Assembly: GCA_963665095.1 (NCBI GenBank)
Contig: OY762069.1
Location: 4,768,001-4,832,000 of the forward strand
DNA length: 64,000 nt
Reading direction: 5' to 3'
Origin: an uncultured Desulfobacter sp.
GTDB lineage: Bacteria > Desulfobacterota > Desulfobacteria > Desulfobacterales > Desulfobacteraceae
The translations under genes and the position numbers were made by a program. Positions 36,287 to 47,557 of the stretch are shown piece after piece. Within the stretch, counting starts at the first letter, position 1, and every line of letters starts with the position of its first letter. A model generated the notes under the pieces. It did no database searches. It was given only the letters and a program-made list of their open reading frames with translations, and was not told where the DNA came from.

Positions 36287-39271
36287 ATGAATCAAACCAC
36301 ATTTACACCCGGGCAGATCATAAGCGGATACAGGGTTCGCCGGATAGCTGGCCTGCCTGTCATTGACGCGCATCTCATTGAGCTGGTCCATGAGAAAACA
36401 AAGGCCGCTCACATACACATCGCCAATAAAGATAAAGAGAATACCTTTGGGGTGTTCTTCAGAACAGTCCCCACAGACTCCACAGGCGTAGCCCATATTC
36501 TGGAACATACCGTACTGTGCGGATCGGAAAAGTATAAAGTCCGCGATCCGTTCTTCTCCATGCTTAAACGCAGCCTGTCCACCTTTATGAATGCCTTTAC
36601 CGCATCAGACTGGACCATGTACCCGTTTTCCACCCAGAATAAAAAAGATTATTACAATCTGATGGACGTATACCTGGATGCCGCATTTTTTCCGGATATT
36701 GACCTGTTAAGTTTTAAACAGGAAGGACACCGGCTTGAAATTGAAACAGGTGACAACAAAGATCCTGAACTGGTGTATAAAGGGGTGGTTTACAATGAAA
36801 TGAAAGGGGCCATGTCTTCGCCAGGCCAGGTTATGGGCCGGGCCATGCTCAAAGGGCTTTATCCTGATACCACCTATGCCAACAACTCCGGCGGGGAGCC
36901 CTGCGATATCCCTAAACTCACCCATGAAGGCTTAAACGCATTCCACGGGAAATACTACCATCCGTCCAACAGCTATTTCTACACATACGGCGATCTGCCC
37001 CTGGAAGAGACCCTGGCTTTTATTGAAGAGAAGGTTTTGTCCCGGTTCGATTATCTGGAAATGGACACCCGGGTACCCTCCCAGTCCAGGTGGCAAACCC
37101 CGAGAACTATGACCCAGGCCTATTCTTACACAGATACGGACAATATCGCCGCCAAATTTCAAGGGTGTGTGGCCTGGCTGACCCCGGAAATTACAGACCA
37201 CTTTGAGGTGCTGGTCATGTCTGTCCTTGAACAGGTGCTGCTGGGCAATGCCGCCTCTCCTCTGCGAAAAGCGCTGATTGACAGCGGACTGGGCTCCGCC
37301 CTGTGCGATGACACAGGATTTGATGCAGACAACCGGGATACCATGTTTGTCTGTGGTTTGAAGGATATTGAGGAATCTTCGGTTCCCAAAGTTGAGAAAA
37401 TTATATTTGACACCCTTGACACCCTTGCAAGCAAAGGGATTGACAGACACCTGATTGATTCAGCCATCCACCAGATTGAATTCTCCCGCAAGGAGATTAC
37501 CAATACGCCCTATCCTTTTGGCATTAAACTGCTGGTTTCCCTGGCCAGTGTACTGATTCACGAAGGCGACCCCGTCGCTGCCATCAACATTGATGAGGAT
37601 TTGGACAGGTTGAGTAAAGATATCGAGAAAGGCGCGTTTCTTGAGGCAAAGATACGTCACTATTTTCTGGATAATCCCCACCGGCTTTTATTTACCCTGG
37701 CACCGGATCCTGACCTTGAGGCGCTTACGGCGCAGACGGTCAAAGAAGAACTCAAAAAAATATTTGAAAATATGAGTGAGGCAGAAATTGAGCAGATCAA
37801 TGAGGATGCTGCCGCCCTGGAAACCCTCCAGGAAACAGAGGAGGATTTAGACGTCCTGCCCACACTCGAACTTGAGGATGTACCTCCGGACATTGAAATT
37901 ATCCATCCCGATGCCGTTGAGGGCATGCGCTGTGCCACGGCGTTTGACAAGGCCACCTCGGGCATTCTTTACTTTACCTGCCCAACCGGTGCAGGAAATA
38001 TCCCGGCAGATCTGTTTCCCCTGGTGCCGTTTTTTGCGAGGGCATTTACCAATGCAGGCACAAAAAACACCACCTATGTAAAGATGGCCGAGCAGATGGA
38101 CCTTTATACCGGCGGCATTTCCATGTCCCCATTTTCCGGCACCTATTTTGACCGGAACGGTGACGGTCACTCTTTTCTGGCCATGCAGGGAAAAGCCCTG
38201 GATCGCAATATTGATCATCTCTTCGACCTGGTGGATGAATTCATCAATGCCTATGGATTTATAGACCATGACCGCCTTAAAAGCCTGCTCCTGCAATACC
38301 AGGCCGGCCTGGAGGCTTCCATTGTCGCATCCGGCCACAGGTATGCCATCACCCTGTCGGCCCGGCACCTGTCAAAGGCCACCGGTATTAATGAATTATG
38401 GCATGGTATCAGCCAGTACCGTTACCTTAAAGACCTTGCCACCCGCATCAGCGCGCCTGATACCGGCAAAAACGCCCTTGCCCGGCTGGAAACAAATCTT
38501 TCCGAAATGGCAGCCGCCATCATGCGCAAGGACAATTTCCAGCCGGCGGTTATTGGTTCTGCCCCATCCATGATAAAGGCAGACAGACACATAGAAAAGA
38601 TTTATAAACGCCTTCCCAACGGCAGCAGTAAAGCATTCCATACCCCGGACCTGAATATGGACAGCCTGCGGCCTTACGACGGATGGGCCACTACCACCGC
38701 AGTCTCTTTTGTGGGTCAGTCCTTTAAGGCGGTTCGTATCTCCCACGAAGACGCCCCGGCCCTGTCCGTCATTTCAAAGCTTCTGCGGGCATTGTTTCTG
38801 CACCGGGAGATCCGGGAAAAAGGCGGGGCCTACGGCGGATTTGCTCTCTACAATATGGAAGAAGGCACCTTCTCCTTTGCCTCCTACCGGGACCCGCACA
38901 TCAAACGCACCCTGGATGTGTATGCAGATGCCTGCGATTTTATTGTCCAGGGGCGGTTCTCCCAGACCGATGTCAAAGAGGCGATCCTTCAGATCTGTTC
39001 GGATATTGACAAGCCTGAGACACCGGCACCCTCTGCCATGAAGGCGTTTTACCGGCAGATTACAAAACTGTCCGATGATATCCGCAAGGGATTCAAGGAT
39101 GCGTTGCTGGGCCTGGATAAACAAAAGGTGATGGATACGGCGGCACGCTACTTTTTCAAGGATGAAGCAGATAAAGGCATTTCCGTGATATCCTCCCAGA
39201 CCCTTCTGGAGCAGGCCAACCAGGCCCTGGCGGCGGATGGCCGAAAGCCTTTAACTCTCCATAAAATTTAA
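36287..39271 (+). CDS. M16C (PreP/insulinase family) metallopeptidase
   Basis: HILEH (HxxEH), NAFT, GVVYNEMKG, IREKGGAYG, SYRDP. Confidence 0.95.
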   Translation: MNQTTFTPGQIISGYRVRRIAGLPVIDAHLIELVHEKTKAAHIHIANKDKENTFGVFFRTVPTDSTGVAHILEHTVLCGSEKYKVRDPFFSMLKRSLSTFMNAFTASDWTMYPFSTQNKKDYYNLMDVYLDAAFFPDIDLLSFKQEGHRLEIETGDNKDPELVYKGVVYNEMKGAMSSPGQVMGRAMLKGLYPDTTYANNSGGEPCDIPKLTHEGLNAFHGKYYHPSNSYFYTYGDLPLEETLAFIEEKVLSRFDYLEMDTRVPSQSRWQTPRTMTQAYSYTDTDNIAAKFQGCVAWLTPEITDHFEVLVMSVLEQVLLGNAASPLRKALIDSGLGSALCDDTGFDADNRDTMFVCGLKDIEESSVPKVEKIIFDTLDTLASKGIDRHLIDSAIHQIEFSRKEITNTPYPFGIKLLVSLASVLIHEGDPVAAINIDEDLDRLSKDIEKGAFLEAKIRHYFLDNPHRLLFTLAPDPDLEALTAQTVKEELKKIFENMSEAEIEQINEDAAALETLQETEEDLDVLPTLELEDVPPDIEIIHPDAVEGMRCATAFDKATSGILYFTCPTGAGNIPADLFPLVPFFARAFTNAGTKNTTYVKMAEQMDLYTGGISMSPFSGTYFDRNGDGHSFLAMQGKALDRNIDHLFDLVDEFINAYGFIDHDRLKSLLLQYQAGLEASIVASGHRYAITLSARHLSKATGINELWHGISQYRYLKDLATRISAPDTGKNALARLETNLSEMAAAIMRKDNFQPAVIGSAPSMIKADRHIEKIYKRLPNGSSKAFHTPDLNMDSLRPYDGWATTTAVSFVGQSFKAVRISHEDAPALSVISKLLRALFLHREIREKGGAYGGFALYNMEEGTFSFASYRDPHIKRTLDVYADACDFIVQGRFSQTDVKEAILQICSDIDKPETPAPSAMKAFYRQITKLSDDIRKGFKDALLGLDKQKVMDTAARYFFKDEADKGISVISSQTLLEQANQALAADGRKPLTLHKI

Positions 39272-39299
39272 TAAAGGAAGTAAAAAGGCTGTGAGAAAA

Positions 39300-40184
39300 T
39301 TAGTTCTCAAACAGGCTGGATAATTTTTGTTCAGCCTCTTTGCTAAGACGGTTTTCTTTTTTGGCGATATCCAGGGTATGCCGTCCCAGCAGCCGGTATA
39401 ATGCTGAGAACTCAGGGGTTTTTGAATCAATATCCGCCAGGTGCCGGGCCACAATTTCATGATCCCCCCGGGCCACAGGGCCGGTCAGTGCCTGGTCGTA
39501 TCCCCTGGAACCGATGTTGGCAAGGGTTCCCTGGATCAGCGGCGTCAGGATTTCAAATGCCGTATCTTCCCTTAGTCCTGTCTCCATTAGAAGCGTCAGC
39601 GCAAACCGTACCAGGGTTACAAGATAGTTGGAGGCTACCACGGCCGAAGCATGGTACAGGGTTTTGGATTCTGTGGGGATGGCAAAGGCACGGGCACCTA
39701 AGGCTGCGGAGATATTTTTTCCTTGAGCCACGGCATCAGGGTCTCCTTCCACGGAGACGTTGATGCCCTGAAACGGGTTGGCCTGGCCGGGCTCATACGG
39801 GGCAAAGGACTGAAGGGGGTGGATGGAGCCTGCCACAGCGCCCGCGCCTCTGGCTTTGGCCAGAATTCCGGATGACAGCGCCCCGGACAGGTGAAACACC
39901 ATGGTGTCCGGTCCCAGGGCACCCTGTTCGGCCAGATCCGTGCATACCGGCTCAATAGTGGCATCCGGGGTGGTGATGAAAACAATCTCGGCGGCCCTGG
40001 CACATTCTGCTGCTGTGTCAAAGATGCGTCCGCAGCCGGCAGCGGCCATGGCTGCTTTTGCAGAAGCCCTGGTACGGCTGAAAAAACCGGCCGGTTCATA
40101 TCCGTTTTTAAACAGGAATGCGGCCAGGGATGTTCCCACCCGGCCGCAGCCGATCACAGAAAAATTTTTTTTGTTTGTATTCAT
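39300..40184 (-). CDS. panG: Rossmann-like plus DUF2520 protein (PanG-type ketopantoate reductase)
   Basis: IGCGRVG, FHLSGA, SIHPLQSF, YHASAVVASNY, ALTGPVARGD; directly downstream of panB. Confidence 0.8.
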   Translation of the reverse strand: MNTNKKNFSVIGCGRVGTSLAAFLFKNGYEPAGFFSRTRASAKAAMAAAGCGRIFDTAAECARAAEIVFITTPDATIEPVCTDLAEQGALGPDTMVFHLSGALSSGILAKARGAGAVAGSIHPLQSFAPYEPGQANPFQGINVSVEGDPDAVAQGKNISAALGARAFAIPTESKTLYHASAVVASNYLVTLVRFALTLLMETGLREDTAFEILTPLIQGTLANIGSRGYDQALTGPVARGDHEIVARHLADIDSKTPEFSALYRLLGRHTLDIAKKENRLSKEAEQKLSSLFEN

Positions 40185-40206
40185 GATCCTGTCCGCACGT
40201 ATGCGC

Positions 40207-40998
40207 CTATTTGTACTCATGGTCGGGGGCCGGAAAACTGCCCTCCTGAACTTCTTTGATATATTCTTCAAGCCCCTGGGCCGCCAGGGCCGCGATATCC
40301 ACGTATTTTTTCACAAACTTGGGCAGGAACCGGTCATTGATACCCAGCATGTCGTGAATCACCAGGATCTGACCGTCGCACAAGGGTCCGGCGCCGATGC
40401 CGATGGTGGGTATAGATAAGCTTTTTGTGATTTTTTCTGCAATGGGGGAGGGAATGCCTTCCAGAACAACAGAAAATGCCCCGGCAGCCTCAACATCTTT
40501 TGCATCTTTAAGCAGGCGCTCTTCATCCCGCTGCACCTTGAATCCACCCATTTGGTGCACGGACTGAGGTGTCAGGCCGATATGGGCCTGGACAGGAATC
40601 CCGGCCTTTGCCATGGCAGAGATGGCAGGACAGACATCAGCGCCGCCTTCAAGCTTGACAGCCGTGGCCTCTGCCTCCTTTAAAAAACGGCCGGCATTTT
40701 CCACTGCGGTATGAAGACTGCCCTGGTAGGACATGAAAGGCATGTCTCCGACCACAAGGGCCCTTGTGCAGGCCCGGGTTACAAGCCGGGTGTGGTAAAT
40801 CATTTCATCCATGGTCACAGGCAGGGTGGTGTCCCGGCCCTGGACCACCATGCCAAGGGAGTCTCCCACCAGGATAATATCGATGCCGGCCTTGTCTACC
40901 ATGGCGGCAAAGGGATAGTCATAGGCAGTAAGTGCAGTGATTTTTTTGCCTTCCTGTTTCATTTTCATCAGGCTGGATGTGGTAACTTTTGTACTCAT
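40207..40998 (-). CDS. panB: 3-methyl-2-oxobutanoate hydroxymethyltransferase
   Basis: [39 protein letters not shown]. Confidence 0.97.
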   Translation of the reverse strand: MSTKVTTSSLMKMKQEGKKITALTAYDYPFAAMVDKAGIDIILVGDSLGMVVQGRDTTLPVTMDEMIYHTRLVTRACTRALVVGDMPFMSYQGSLHTAVENAGRFLKEAEATAVKLEGGADVCPAISAMAKAGIPVQAHIGLTPQSVHQMGGFKVQRDEERLLKDAKDVEAAGAFSVVLEGIPSPIAEKITKSLSIPTIGIGAGPLCDGQILVIHDMLGINDRFLPKFVKKYVDIAALAAQGLEEYIKEVQEGSFPAPDHEYK

Positions 40999-41119
40999 AT
41001 GTGCCTCCTTATCAATAATCCTATTTTACGATGAAGGATATACACCGAAAAATTGATTTTTATCTCCTTCATGGTTTTAAAATGAACTCAAGTTACTTTT
41101 GTGACGTCAGGCCTCTGGG

Positions 41120-43324
41120 TCATTTGTGTCTGACCGAATCAAGCCACTTCCTGTACCGGACCATTCCGGCCAGGGCTTTGACGGCTCTTTCCGGTGAGGG
41201 GAAAAATACCCCCTTATAGTCCAGATCGTCATAACGGTAAAGAGTGCGGCTTAATTCATCGGTTAAAAGGCTGACACCCACCACAGGTTTACCGTATTTT
41301 TGCGTCATTTCAACGGCATACCGGGTATAATCCTCTTCCTCTTTGACAAGGCCTGCCGTGAACTGATCTGCCATCTCCGGGGTCACGCCGGGATCGGATT
41401 TCAGCACAGCTTTGGCCATGGCATTGACCAGGATACGTTTGCCGTGAATGCCCAGGTGAATGACAGCATCACATCCATCCCATTTTAAAAGCTCTTCCAG
41501 GCAGATTTTAGGGATTTCAATGTCTCCTTCTCCCACAAGGTCCACAGGATTTCCGTGGCTCCAGAAGGCTGGCAGGCAGGCGTCGAGCCGTTCAATAATC
41601 TCTTTGGACAGTTTTGGCAGCTCAAGCCCGTATTCTGCGCAAAGATCTGTGGCAACCACCCCCCATCCCCCGCCCAGGGTCATGATGGCCACACGTCCCC
41701 CTTTGGGCATGGGCAGGGATGAAAATACCGCGGAGAGATCCAGAAGCTCCATGGGCTGCTCCACCTGGATGATGCCGGCCTGGGCACATGCTGCATTAAA
41801 TACGCCTGCATCCGAGGCCATGGCACCGGTGTGGCTGGCGGCCGCTTTTTCGCCCTCCCGGGTTCTTCCCCCTTTGAGGACTACTACGGGTTTGTTTTTC
41901 GACAGCCTGGTTGCAGACTCAAAAAAACGGCGTCCGTTTTTTACGCTTTCAACGTACAACACCACGGTACGGGTCAGATCATCGAGTTCAAAGGCCTGCA
42001 TAAAATCTTCAACGGAGATCATGGCTTCATTGCCGGAACCTGCAAACCCCCGGATACCAATGCCCTGTTGCTCGGCAAAGGCCAGAAGCTGGGTGCCAAG
42101 ATTGCCGGACTGGGACACAAGTGCCGTGGATCCGGGCAATGGAAAGGCATTGGCCCCGGAAAAGTAAAGCGATGCATGGGGATTACAAAGTCCCATGGTA
42201 TTGGGACCGATGACCAGAATTCCGGCTTTGCGGGCTGCATCCATGACTTTGTCCTCAAGCTGTTTCCCCTGGGCCCCGACCTCCCTGAAACCGCTGGTGA
42301 TCAGCACCATGCCTTTAACATGTTTTCTTTCCAGCGCAGGGATCAGGTCCATCACCCTGCCTGCCGGCACGGTTACGACTGCTAAGTCCACATCGCCTGC
42401 GATGTCATCAATCTCCTTAAATACATCCCGGCCCATAATGGTTCCGCCCTTGGGGTTGACCAGAAAAATGTCTCCTTTGAATCCGCCGGCGAAAGCATTG
42501 GTGGGCAGCATATGTCCCCATTTGCCCGGTACGGCGGATGCCCCGACAAAGACAATGGTTTTGGGATGAAACGTTGTGTAAAGGGCGTTGATATCCAGCG
42601 GGTACTGCCGGCTGGTCTCCTTCTTACCGGAGGTTTCAAGAATCATCAACCCGTCAACCGCGACAGGAGAGCCGTCCGCACTGATAATCAGGGGGTTGAT
42701 GTCGATTTCCCTGATGCCCGGACAGGCCAGTGCCAGATCCGACAGACCCCGGAGAACGGATTTAAGTTCATTTCTGTTCACCTCCGGCTCTCCCCTGAAA
42801 GGGCCTAAAAGGGCCTGGGCGTTCAGGTTGTCGAGCATGTCATCAAGGTCTGTTTCCGACAGGGGCGATAGCCTGAAAACCATGTCTTTCAGGGCTTCCG
42901 TGAGCACACCACCCACCCCGAACATGATCACCGGTCCAAACTGGGCATCCCTGAACATGCCGGCGGTAAACTCCCTGCGGCCCTGGATCATGGACTGAAC
43001 CAGGAACGCCTCAAAATTTTCACCGGCCCGTGACAGCATCTCCTGGGCCGCGTCCTTAAGCTGCCCCTGATTGGCGATGCCCACGCGCACCATGCCAGCC
43101 TCGGATTTATGCAGCATCTCTTTGGCAATACCTTTGAGTACAACAGGATAGCCAAGCGCTTCGCCTGCAACAGGAAGATCTTCGATTTTGTTCACCTGCC
43201 GTTCTGTTACCACAGGCATGCCGATTTTTTTGAAGATTTCCTTTGCCTGATCTTCGTTCAGACTGGTCAGACCGCGCTTGATAAAGGTGTCAATGGCCGC
43301 TGTGATCTCTTTGATCTGTGTCAT
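41120..43324 (-). CDS. ADP-forming acetate/acyl-CoA ligase (ATP-grasp first, CoA-binding second)
   Basis: GYPVVLK, HKSEAG, FGPVIMFG, EIDINP, GPNTMG, SQSG, AASHTGAMA. Confidence 0.92.
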   Translation of the reverse strand: MTQIKEITAAIDTFIKRGLTSLNEDQAKEIFKKIGMPVVTERQVNKIEDLPVAGEALGYPVVLKGIAKEMLHKSEAGMVRVGIANQGQLKDAAQEMLSRAGENFEAFLVQSMIQGRREFTAGMFRDAQFGPVIMFGVGGVLTEALKDMVFRLSPLSETDLDDMLDNLNAQALLGPFRGEPEVNRNELKSVLRGLSDLALACPGIREIDINPLIISADGSPVAVDGLMILETSGKKETSRQYPLDINALYTTFHPKTIVFVGASAVPGKWGHMLPTNAFAGGFKGDIFLVNPKGGTIMGRDVFKEIDDIAGDVDLAVVTVPAGRVMDLIPALERKHVKGMVLITSGFREVGAQGKQLEDKVMDAARKAGILVIGPNTMGLCNPHASLYFSGANAFPLPGSTALVSQSGNLGTQLLAFAEQQGIGIRGFAGSGNEAMISVEDFMQAFELDDLTRTVVLYVESVKNGRRFFESATRLSKNKPVVVLKGGRTREGEKAAASHTGAMASDAGVFNAACAQAGIIQVEQPMELLDLSAVFSSLPMPKGGRVAIMTLGGGWGVVATDLCAEYGLELPKLSKEIIERLDACLPAFWSHGNPVDLVGEGDIEIPKICLEELLKWDGCDAVIHLGIHGKRILVNAMAKAVLKSDPGVTPEMADQFTAGLVKEEEDYTRYAVEMTQKYGKPVVGVSLLTDELSRTLYRYDDLDYKGVFFPSPERAVKALAGMVRYRKWLDSVRHK

Positions 43325-43914
43325 GGTTTCACTCCGTTGAAAATGATGTCTGAAATACCACTGGCTGTTTTGTCAATGTCAAGGGTCTTGCCGAATATCA
43401 CCTCCCCGAGGCAGGCGTGTTCAATGGCCCCGAGAATTACCTTTCGCAACAGATACGGGTCTGTGCCGGCTGCGATTTCTCCTGAATCAACTCCCTTTTG
43501 GATTACATCAAGAATGGTGCGCGCATAGATTTGTACCATGGAATAGGCGTCTGAATCATAAAATGCCGGGGCGTTTCTCACCTCAAGAAGGAGAATTTTC
43601 GAAAAAAGCCGGTTTTCCGCATATCCTTTAAGGCTGGCATGGATGATCACATCGAGCTTTGCCATGGCTGAGGTTGCCTGCATCATCCGGGTCTCTATTT
43701 TTTCCTGAAAGTCCTGAAAATGTGCATTAAGCACCTGGTAGAGCAGGTCTTTTTTATCTTTAAAGTATTTGTAAATCAGCCCTTCCGTGACGTCGGCATT
43801 CCTGGCGATCTGGGCAGTGGTGATGGAATGGAAATCTTTTTCACGCATGAGCTTAGAAAAGGATGCCATTATTTTTATCCGTCCTGGCGGGGAGGTTTTT
43901 TCTTTTTTTTCCAT
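43321..43914 (-). CDS. TetR family regulator
   Basis: ITTAQIARNADVTEGLIYKYFKDKKDLL HTH. Confidence 0.93.
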   Translation of the reverse strand: MEKKEKTSPPGRIKIMASFSKLMREKDFHSITTAQIARNADVTEGLIYKYFKDKKDLLYQVLNAHFQDFQEKIETRMMQATSAMAKLDVIIHASLKGYAENRLFSKILLLEVRNAPAFYDSDAYSMVQIYARTILDVIQKGVDSGEIAAGTDPYLLRKVILGAIEHACLGEVIFGKTLDIDKTASGISDIIFNGVKP

Positions 43915-43960
43915 GGCTAACGGCCTGTTTTATTCTCTGTTATGTGGATCTAAAAGCAAG

Positions 43961-43997
43961 GTGAGTAAAACTTACTCACAAAATAGAGGCCTGTCAA
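43961..43997 (-). promoter_or_regulatory. TetR operator overlapping its promoter
   Basis: Palindrome gtgagtaa-aac-ttactcac (43961-43979) over the -10 TAAGTT; -35 TTGACA at 43997-43992, 17-bp spacer. Confidence 0.75.
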
Positions 43998-44180
43998 CAA
44001 GAAAGCATGGACTTGTGCCAATAACGCCCTCATCCGTTGTATTGTCGTTTCACAACCTTAATTTCCCTGTCTGTCACTCCTGAATTGCCGGGGGGATAAA
44101 AAACGTTGTATGTAACCGTTATTCAGCCGGAACCGGTCCGCTGTAAAAAACAGGTATAGCAGAATCACAGGAGCCAGGAG

Positions 44181-44621
44181 ATGATACGTTTTATTATTGG
44201 AGTCATCGTTTTTTGCAATACTTTTTCAGGCGGCTGTGATGCCGCATTTGCCGCATCGGAAACAGCGGTACTTGAAATCTGTGTCACAGGGTTTGAAAAT
44301 ACCAACGGCGTTGTTTGGGTGTCATTGCACAATTCAAGAAAAAGCTTTGAATCAGATGGTGATTATTTTATGGGCGTTAAGTTAAAGGTCGCCGCCAGTC
44401 AAGTGATACATTCAGTGATGGTTCCATACGGGGAGTATGCAATTAAAGTGTACCACGATGAAAATGCAAACAATGAACTGGATACCCGCATATTTGGTAT
44501 CCCTGCCGAGCGGTATGGCTTTTCCAATAATGTTCGGGGGCGATTCGGCGCGCCTGCCTATGAAAAGGCCCGGTTTATTGTCAGTTCACCCACATGTCAC
44601 ACCCGTATCGAGATAAAATAG
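44181..44621 (+). CDS. DUF2141 family exported protein
   Basis: GEYAIKVYHDENANNELD...GIPAERYGFSNN. Confidence 0.85.
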   Translation: MIRFIIGVIVFCNTFSGGCDAAFAASETAVLEICVTGFENTNGVVWVSLHNSRKSFESDGDYFMGVKLKVAASQVIHSVMVPYGEYAIKVYHDENANNELDTRIFGIPAERYGFSNNVRGRFGAPAYEKARFIVSSPTCHTRIEIK

Positions 44622-44721
44622 GAGATGACAGTCATGTCTGATCTATCGTAAATTATAACAGAAATCTCATTTATTTATGTTAGGCTAAGCCGTTACGGAG
44701 AATAGTTTAAGGAGATCTGCT

Positions 44722-45552
44722 TTGCTCATTGATACCCGGATGGACTGCCACATGCACTCCACCTTTTCCGACGGCAGTGCCACCATTGACCAGATGGCAG
44801 GGGCTGCCATTGAAAAGGGACTTTCCACCATAGTCATTACCGATCATATGCCCCTTGATTTTCCCACCCGGTATGCCATGGATCCAGGTAAAATTTCAGC
44901 ATACCGGGAGGAAATCAAGAAAACGGCCCAGGCACGGAAACAGGCGCTTACCGTCCTGTCAGGAATGGAGATGGAGTTTATTCCGGGGCAAGAAAAATGG
45001 ATAGAGGAAATAAAAGATCTGGGGTGGGACATGCTGCTGATATCTGTCCATGAAATTGTCACGGACAAAGGCCAGTTTCTGATCAACGGCCGGGAAGATG
45101 AATTTAAGCAGACACTTAAGACCGCGTTTGCCAATGATTTTCAGGCATTTTGCCGGGAGTATTACGCCATTTTTCAACAGGCAGCCAAAACAGGATGGTT
45201 TGATACTGTGGGGCACCTGGACGTACTTAAAAAACACAACCTGGATAACCGTTATTTTGATGAAAATCAGGACTGGTACCGGGAGCTGGTCCATGACACC
45301 CTTGATACTATTTCAGCGGCCGGTATGAAAATGGAGATCAATACAAATGGACTGCACCATCCGGCTAAAGCGCCTTATCCCTCCTGGTGGATCATCCGGG
45401 ATGCCATGAAAAAAGGCATTCCTCTGGTGCTGGGGTCGGATGCCCATTACCCGAAGTTCCAGGGGCAGTATTTTAATCAGGTGGCCCGGAAAATACATTC
45501 CGCCGAATCTCATCAAAAATCGTCTCGATATTCAGAAACGTATCGACTATAA
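44722..45552 (+). CDS. PHP-family histidinol phosphatase (HisJ-like)
   Basis: DCHMHS, ITDH, GHLD, EINTNG, GSDAH; TTG start with RBS aaggag. Confidence 0.88.
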   Translation: MLIDTRMDCHMHSTFSDGSATIDQMAGAAIEKGLSTIVITDHMPLDFPTRYAMDPGKISAYREEIKKTAQARKQALTVLSGMEMEFIPGQEKWIEEIKDLGWDMLLISVHEIVTDKGQFLINGREDEFKQTLKTAFANDFQAFCREYYAIFQQAAKTGWFDTVGHLDVLKKHNLDNRYFDENQDWYRELVHDTLDTISAAGMKMEINTNGLHHPAKAPYPSWWIIRDAMKKGIPLVLGSDAHYPKFQGQYFNQVARKIHSAESHQKSSRYSETYRL

Positions 45553-47482
45553 CAGGGTCAAAATGGCTTCCCCTGCCTTCAATGATGATGGCTTTGGCTT
45601 TGTCATGGGAGAATCTTTTTTTGTATGGCCGTTCCGACGTCAGGGCATCGTACACATCGGCAAGGGCGACAATGCGGGCAGAAAGGGGAATGTCCTTTCC
45701 TTTCAGTTTTTTGGGATATCCGCTGCCGTCCCATTTTTCATGGTGGTGATACGCGATCTCCTTGCCCAGGGTCAAAAAGGACTGGATATGCATTTTTGAC
45801 TCCACATTCTGTAGCGCATCCCCGCCGATCAGCGTGTGGCGCTGGATGATTTTAAACTCCTCCGGGGTCAGTTTTCCGGGCTTCAGCAGAATTGAATCCG
45901 GAACACCCACCTTTCCGATATCATGCAGTATGGATGAGTCAAAAAGGTCTTTAATGTAGGCGTCTGTAATATATCCCTTGTACTTGGATAGCCGGGCCAG
46001 TTCCCTGGCCAGAATCCGGCTGTACTCCCTGATACGTTCCAGGTGAGCCCCTGTGTCTTCATCTCTGTATTCCGCAAGTTTGGCCAGGCCCAGAATAATG
46101 GCCAGGCGTGACCGTCCGAATTGCTCATGGCTTTTAATCAGGTTCTTTTCCAGTTTTTTCCGTTCGGCTATTTCATGCCGATAGGCGGTATTTGTTTTTT
46201 CCAGTTCTCTGGTCTGCCGGTCCGCTGTCTCAAAAGCCCTGGTAAATCGAAGCGCCAGAAGAAACGCCTGGGACAGAAGGAATCCCAGTAACCCCAACGG
46301 CAGATAGAAGCTGGTATAAACAAGTTGATTGGCATGCAGCACATCATTGATCACAGCCGCAAACATAAAAAGGAAACCGGATAAAAGAATGAGAGACCCC
46401 TGTCTTTTATGAACAACAGCCTTTATAAGAATAAAAACAGCGTAGATTCCGGTAACTGCGGTAACCGCCTGGTATGCCTGAACAGAATAGGAATACACAG
46501 TGGCCGGTGTTAAAATGACAAACATGCAGAATCCGGTTCCCAGTACCTGCACAATCCGCAAAACAGGCTTATAAACATCTTTGGGGAAAATTGAGTGAAG
46601 GTACATGTTGAACAAAGGCAGTCCGGCATAAAATCCCAAATACTCCAGTCTGCTGATAAAAGACCAGGGGACATTGCCAAGCACCTGGAATATCGCCATC
46701 TCCCCGGTAACCAGCGTACGGACGGCAACCGCCAGGCAGAATAACCCAAAGTCCAGGGAAGCCTTGTCATTTCTTCCGTGCAAAAAAAGGCTGAGATGAT
46801 ACAGCCCCATAATAAAAATTGTGCTGAACAGGAACAGGTCAAATGCCAGTCCCCGCTGCCGTTCTTCCCGGATTTTTTTTTCTGTTCCCAGTTGCATCAC
46901 TTCCCATATTCCCCCCTTTTTGTGGTGGTAATTGGAGACCTGGACAAGTAGTTCTATTTCAGATCCGGTCTGTGTGAAATCAGCAATTAATGGTCTGGAT
47001 GCAGGCTTTGAGTCTTTGGGAGTTTTTCCCGGGTTACCAGCGCAAAGGACTAACTTTTGATTTATATAAAGTTTATACGCAGTGAGAATATTGCCCACTT
47101 TTACTGCAAGCTCTTCGTTTGCTGGCGGGAGGAGTATTCTTAAACGAAATGCGGCATGGCCCTGTCCGGATACAGGTGTCCCATCCACAACATATCCGTT
47201 CCAGCACCCTGGAATTTTTATAAACCCGGTCTGGTCGGCATATTCGTTAGACGTGGGAACGTTCGGGTCAAGGAAAGTGTTCCAGTAAAAAGCCCACTCT
47301 CCAGCCAGATTCACAGTTCCGTCCCGTTTAAAGTCCCAATGTTGGAGATCAAGAACCCCTTCCTTTGCCAAAGGGCTCCTGTGGTGTGACCCGGCATTTA
47401 TGGCGGGTATGGATACAAATCCAAAGAGAGAGACCAGAAGAAATAGTAGCGGGAATCGCGTTATCCCCGATATCGCCTGCAT
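45473..47482 (-). CDS. 7TM-DISM sensor fused to an HD-GYP phosphodiesterase
   Basis: NLAGEWAFYW sugar-binding-like domain, 7 TMs, DEDTGAHLER, LHDIGKVG, HHEKWDGSGYP. Confidence 0.9.
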   Translation of the reverse strand: MQAISGITRFPLLFLLVSLFGFVSIPAINAGSHHRSPLAKEGVLDLQHWDFKRDGTVNLAGEWAFYWNTFLDPNVPTSNEYADQTGFIKIPGCWNGYVVDGTPVSGQGHAAFRLRILLPPANEELAVKVGNILTAYKLYINQKLVLCAGNPGKTPKDSKPASRPLIADFTQTGSEIELLVQVSNYHHKKGGIWEVMQLGTEKKIREERQRGLAFDLFLFSTIFIMGLYHLSLFLHGRNDKASLDFGLFCLAVAVRTLVTGEMAIFQVLGNVPWSFISRLEYLGFYAGLPLFNMYLHSIFPKDVYKPVLRIVQVLGTGFCMFVILTPATVYSYSVQAYQAVTAVTGIYAVFILIKAVVHKRQGSLILLSGFLFMFAAVINDVLHANQLVYTSFYLPLGLLGFLLSQAFLLALRFTRAFETADRQTRELEKTNTAYRHEIAERKKLEKNLIKSHEQFGRSRLAIILGLAKLAEYRDEDTGAHLERIREYSRILARELARLSKYKGYITDAYIKDLFDSSILHDIGKVGVPDSILLKPGKLTPEEFKIIQRHTLIGGDALQNVESKMHIQSFLTLGKEIAYHHHEKWDGSGYPKKLKGKDIPLSARIVALADVYDALTSERPYKKRFSHDKAKAIIIEGRGSHFDPVIVDTFLNIETIFDEIRRNVFSGPPD

Positions 47483-47557
47483 TGATATATTTTCACCCCG
47501 TAATGAGATATGGAATGGTCAATCTTGGCAGGAATTGACTGGAATGGCAATAATAAA

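Noticed and set aside
45473..45552. 80-bp convergent overlap of the PHP and HD-GYP genes
   Set aside because: Real but only involves non-catalytic tails; no sign of function.
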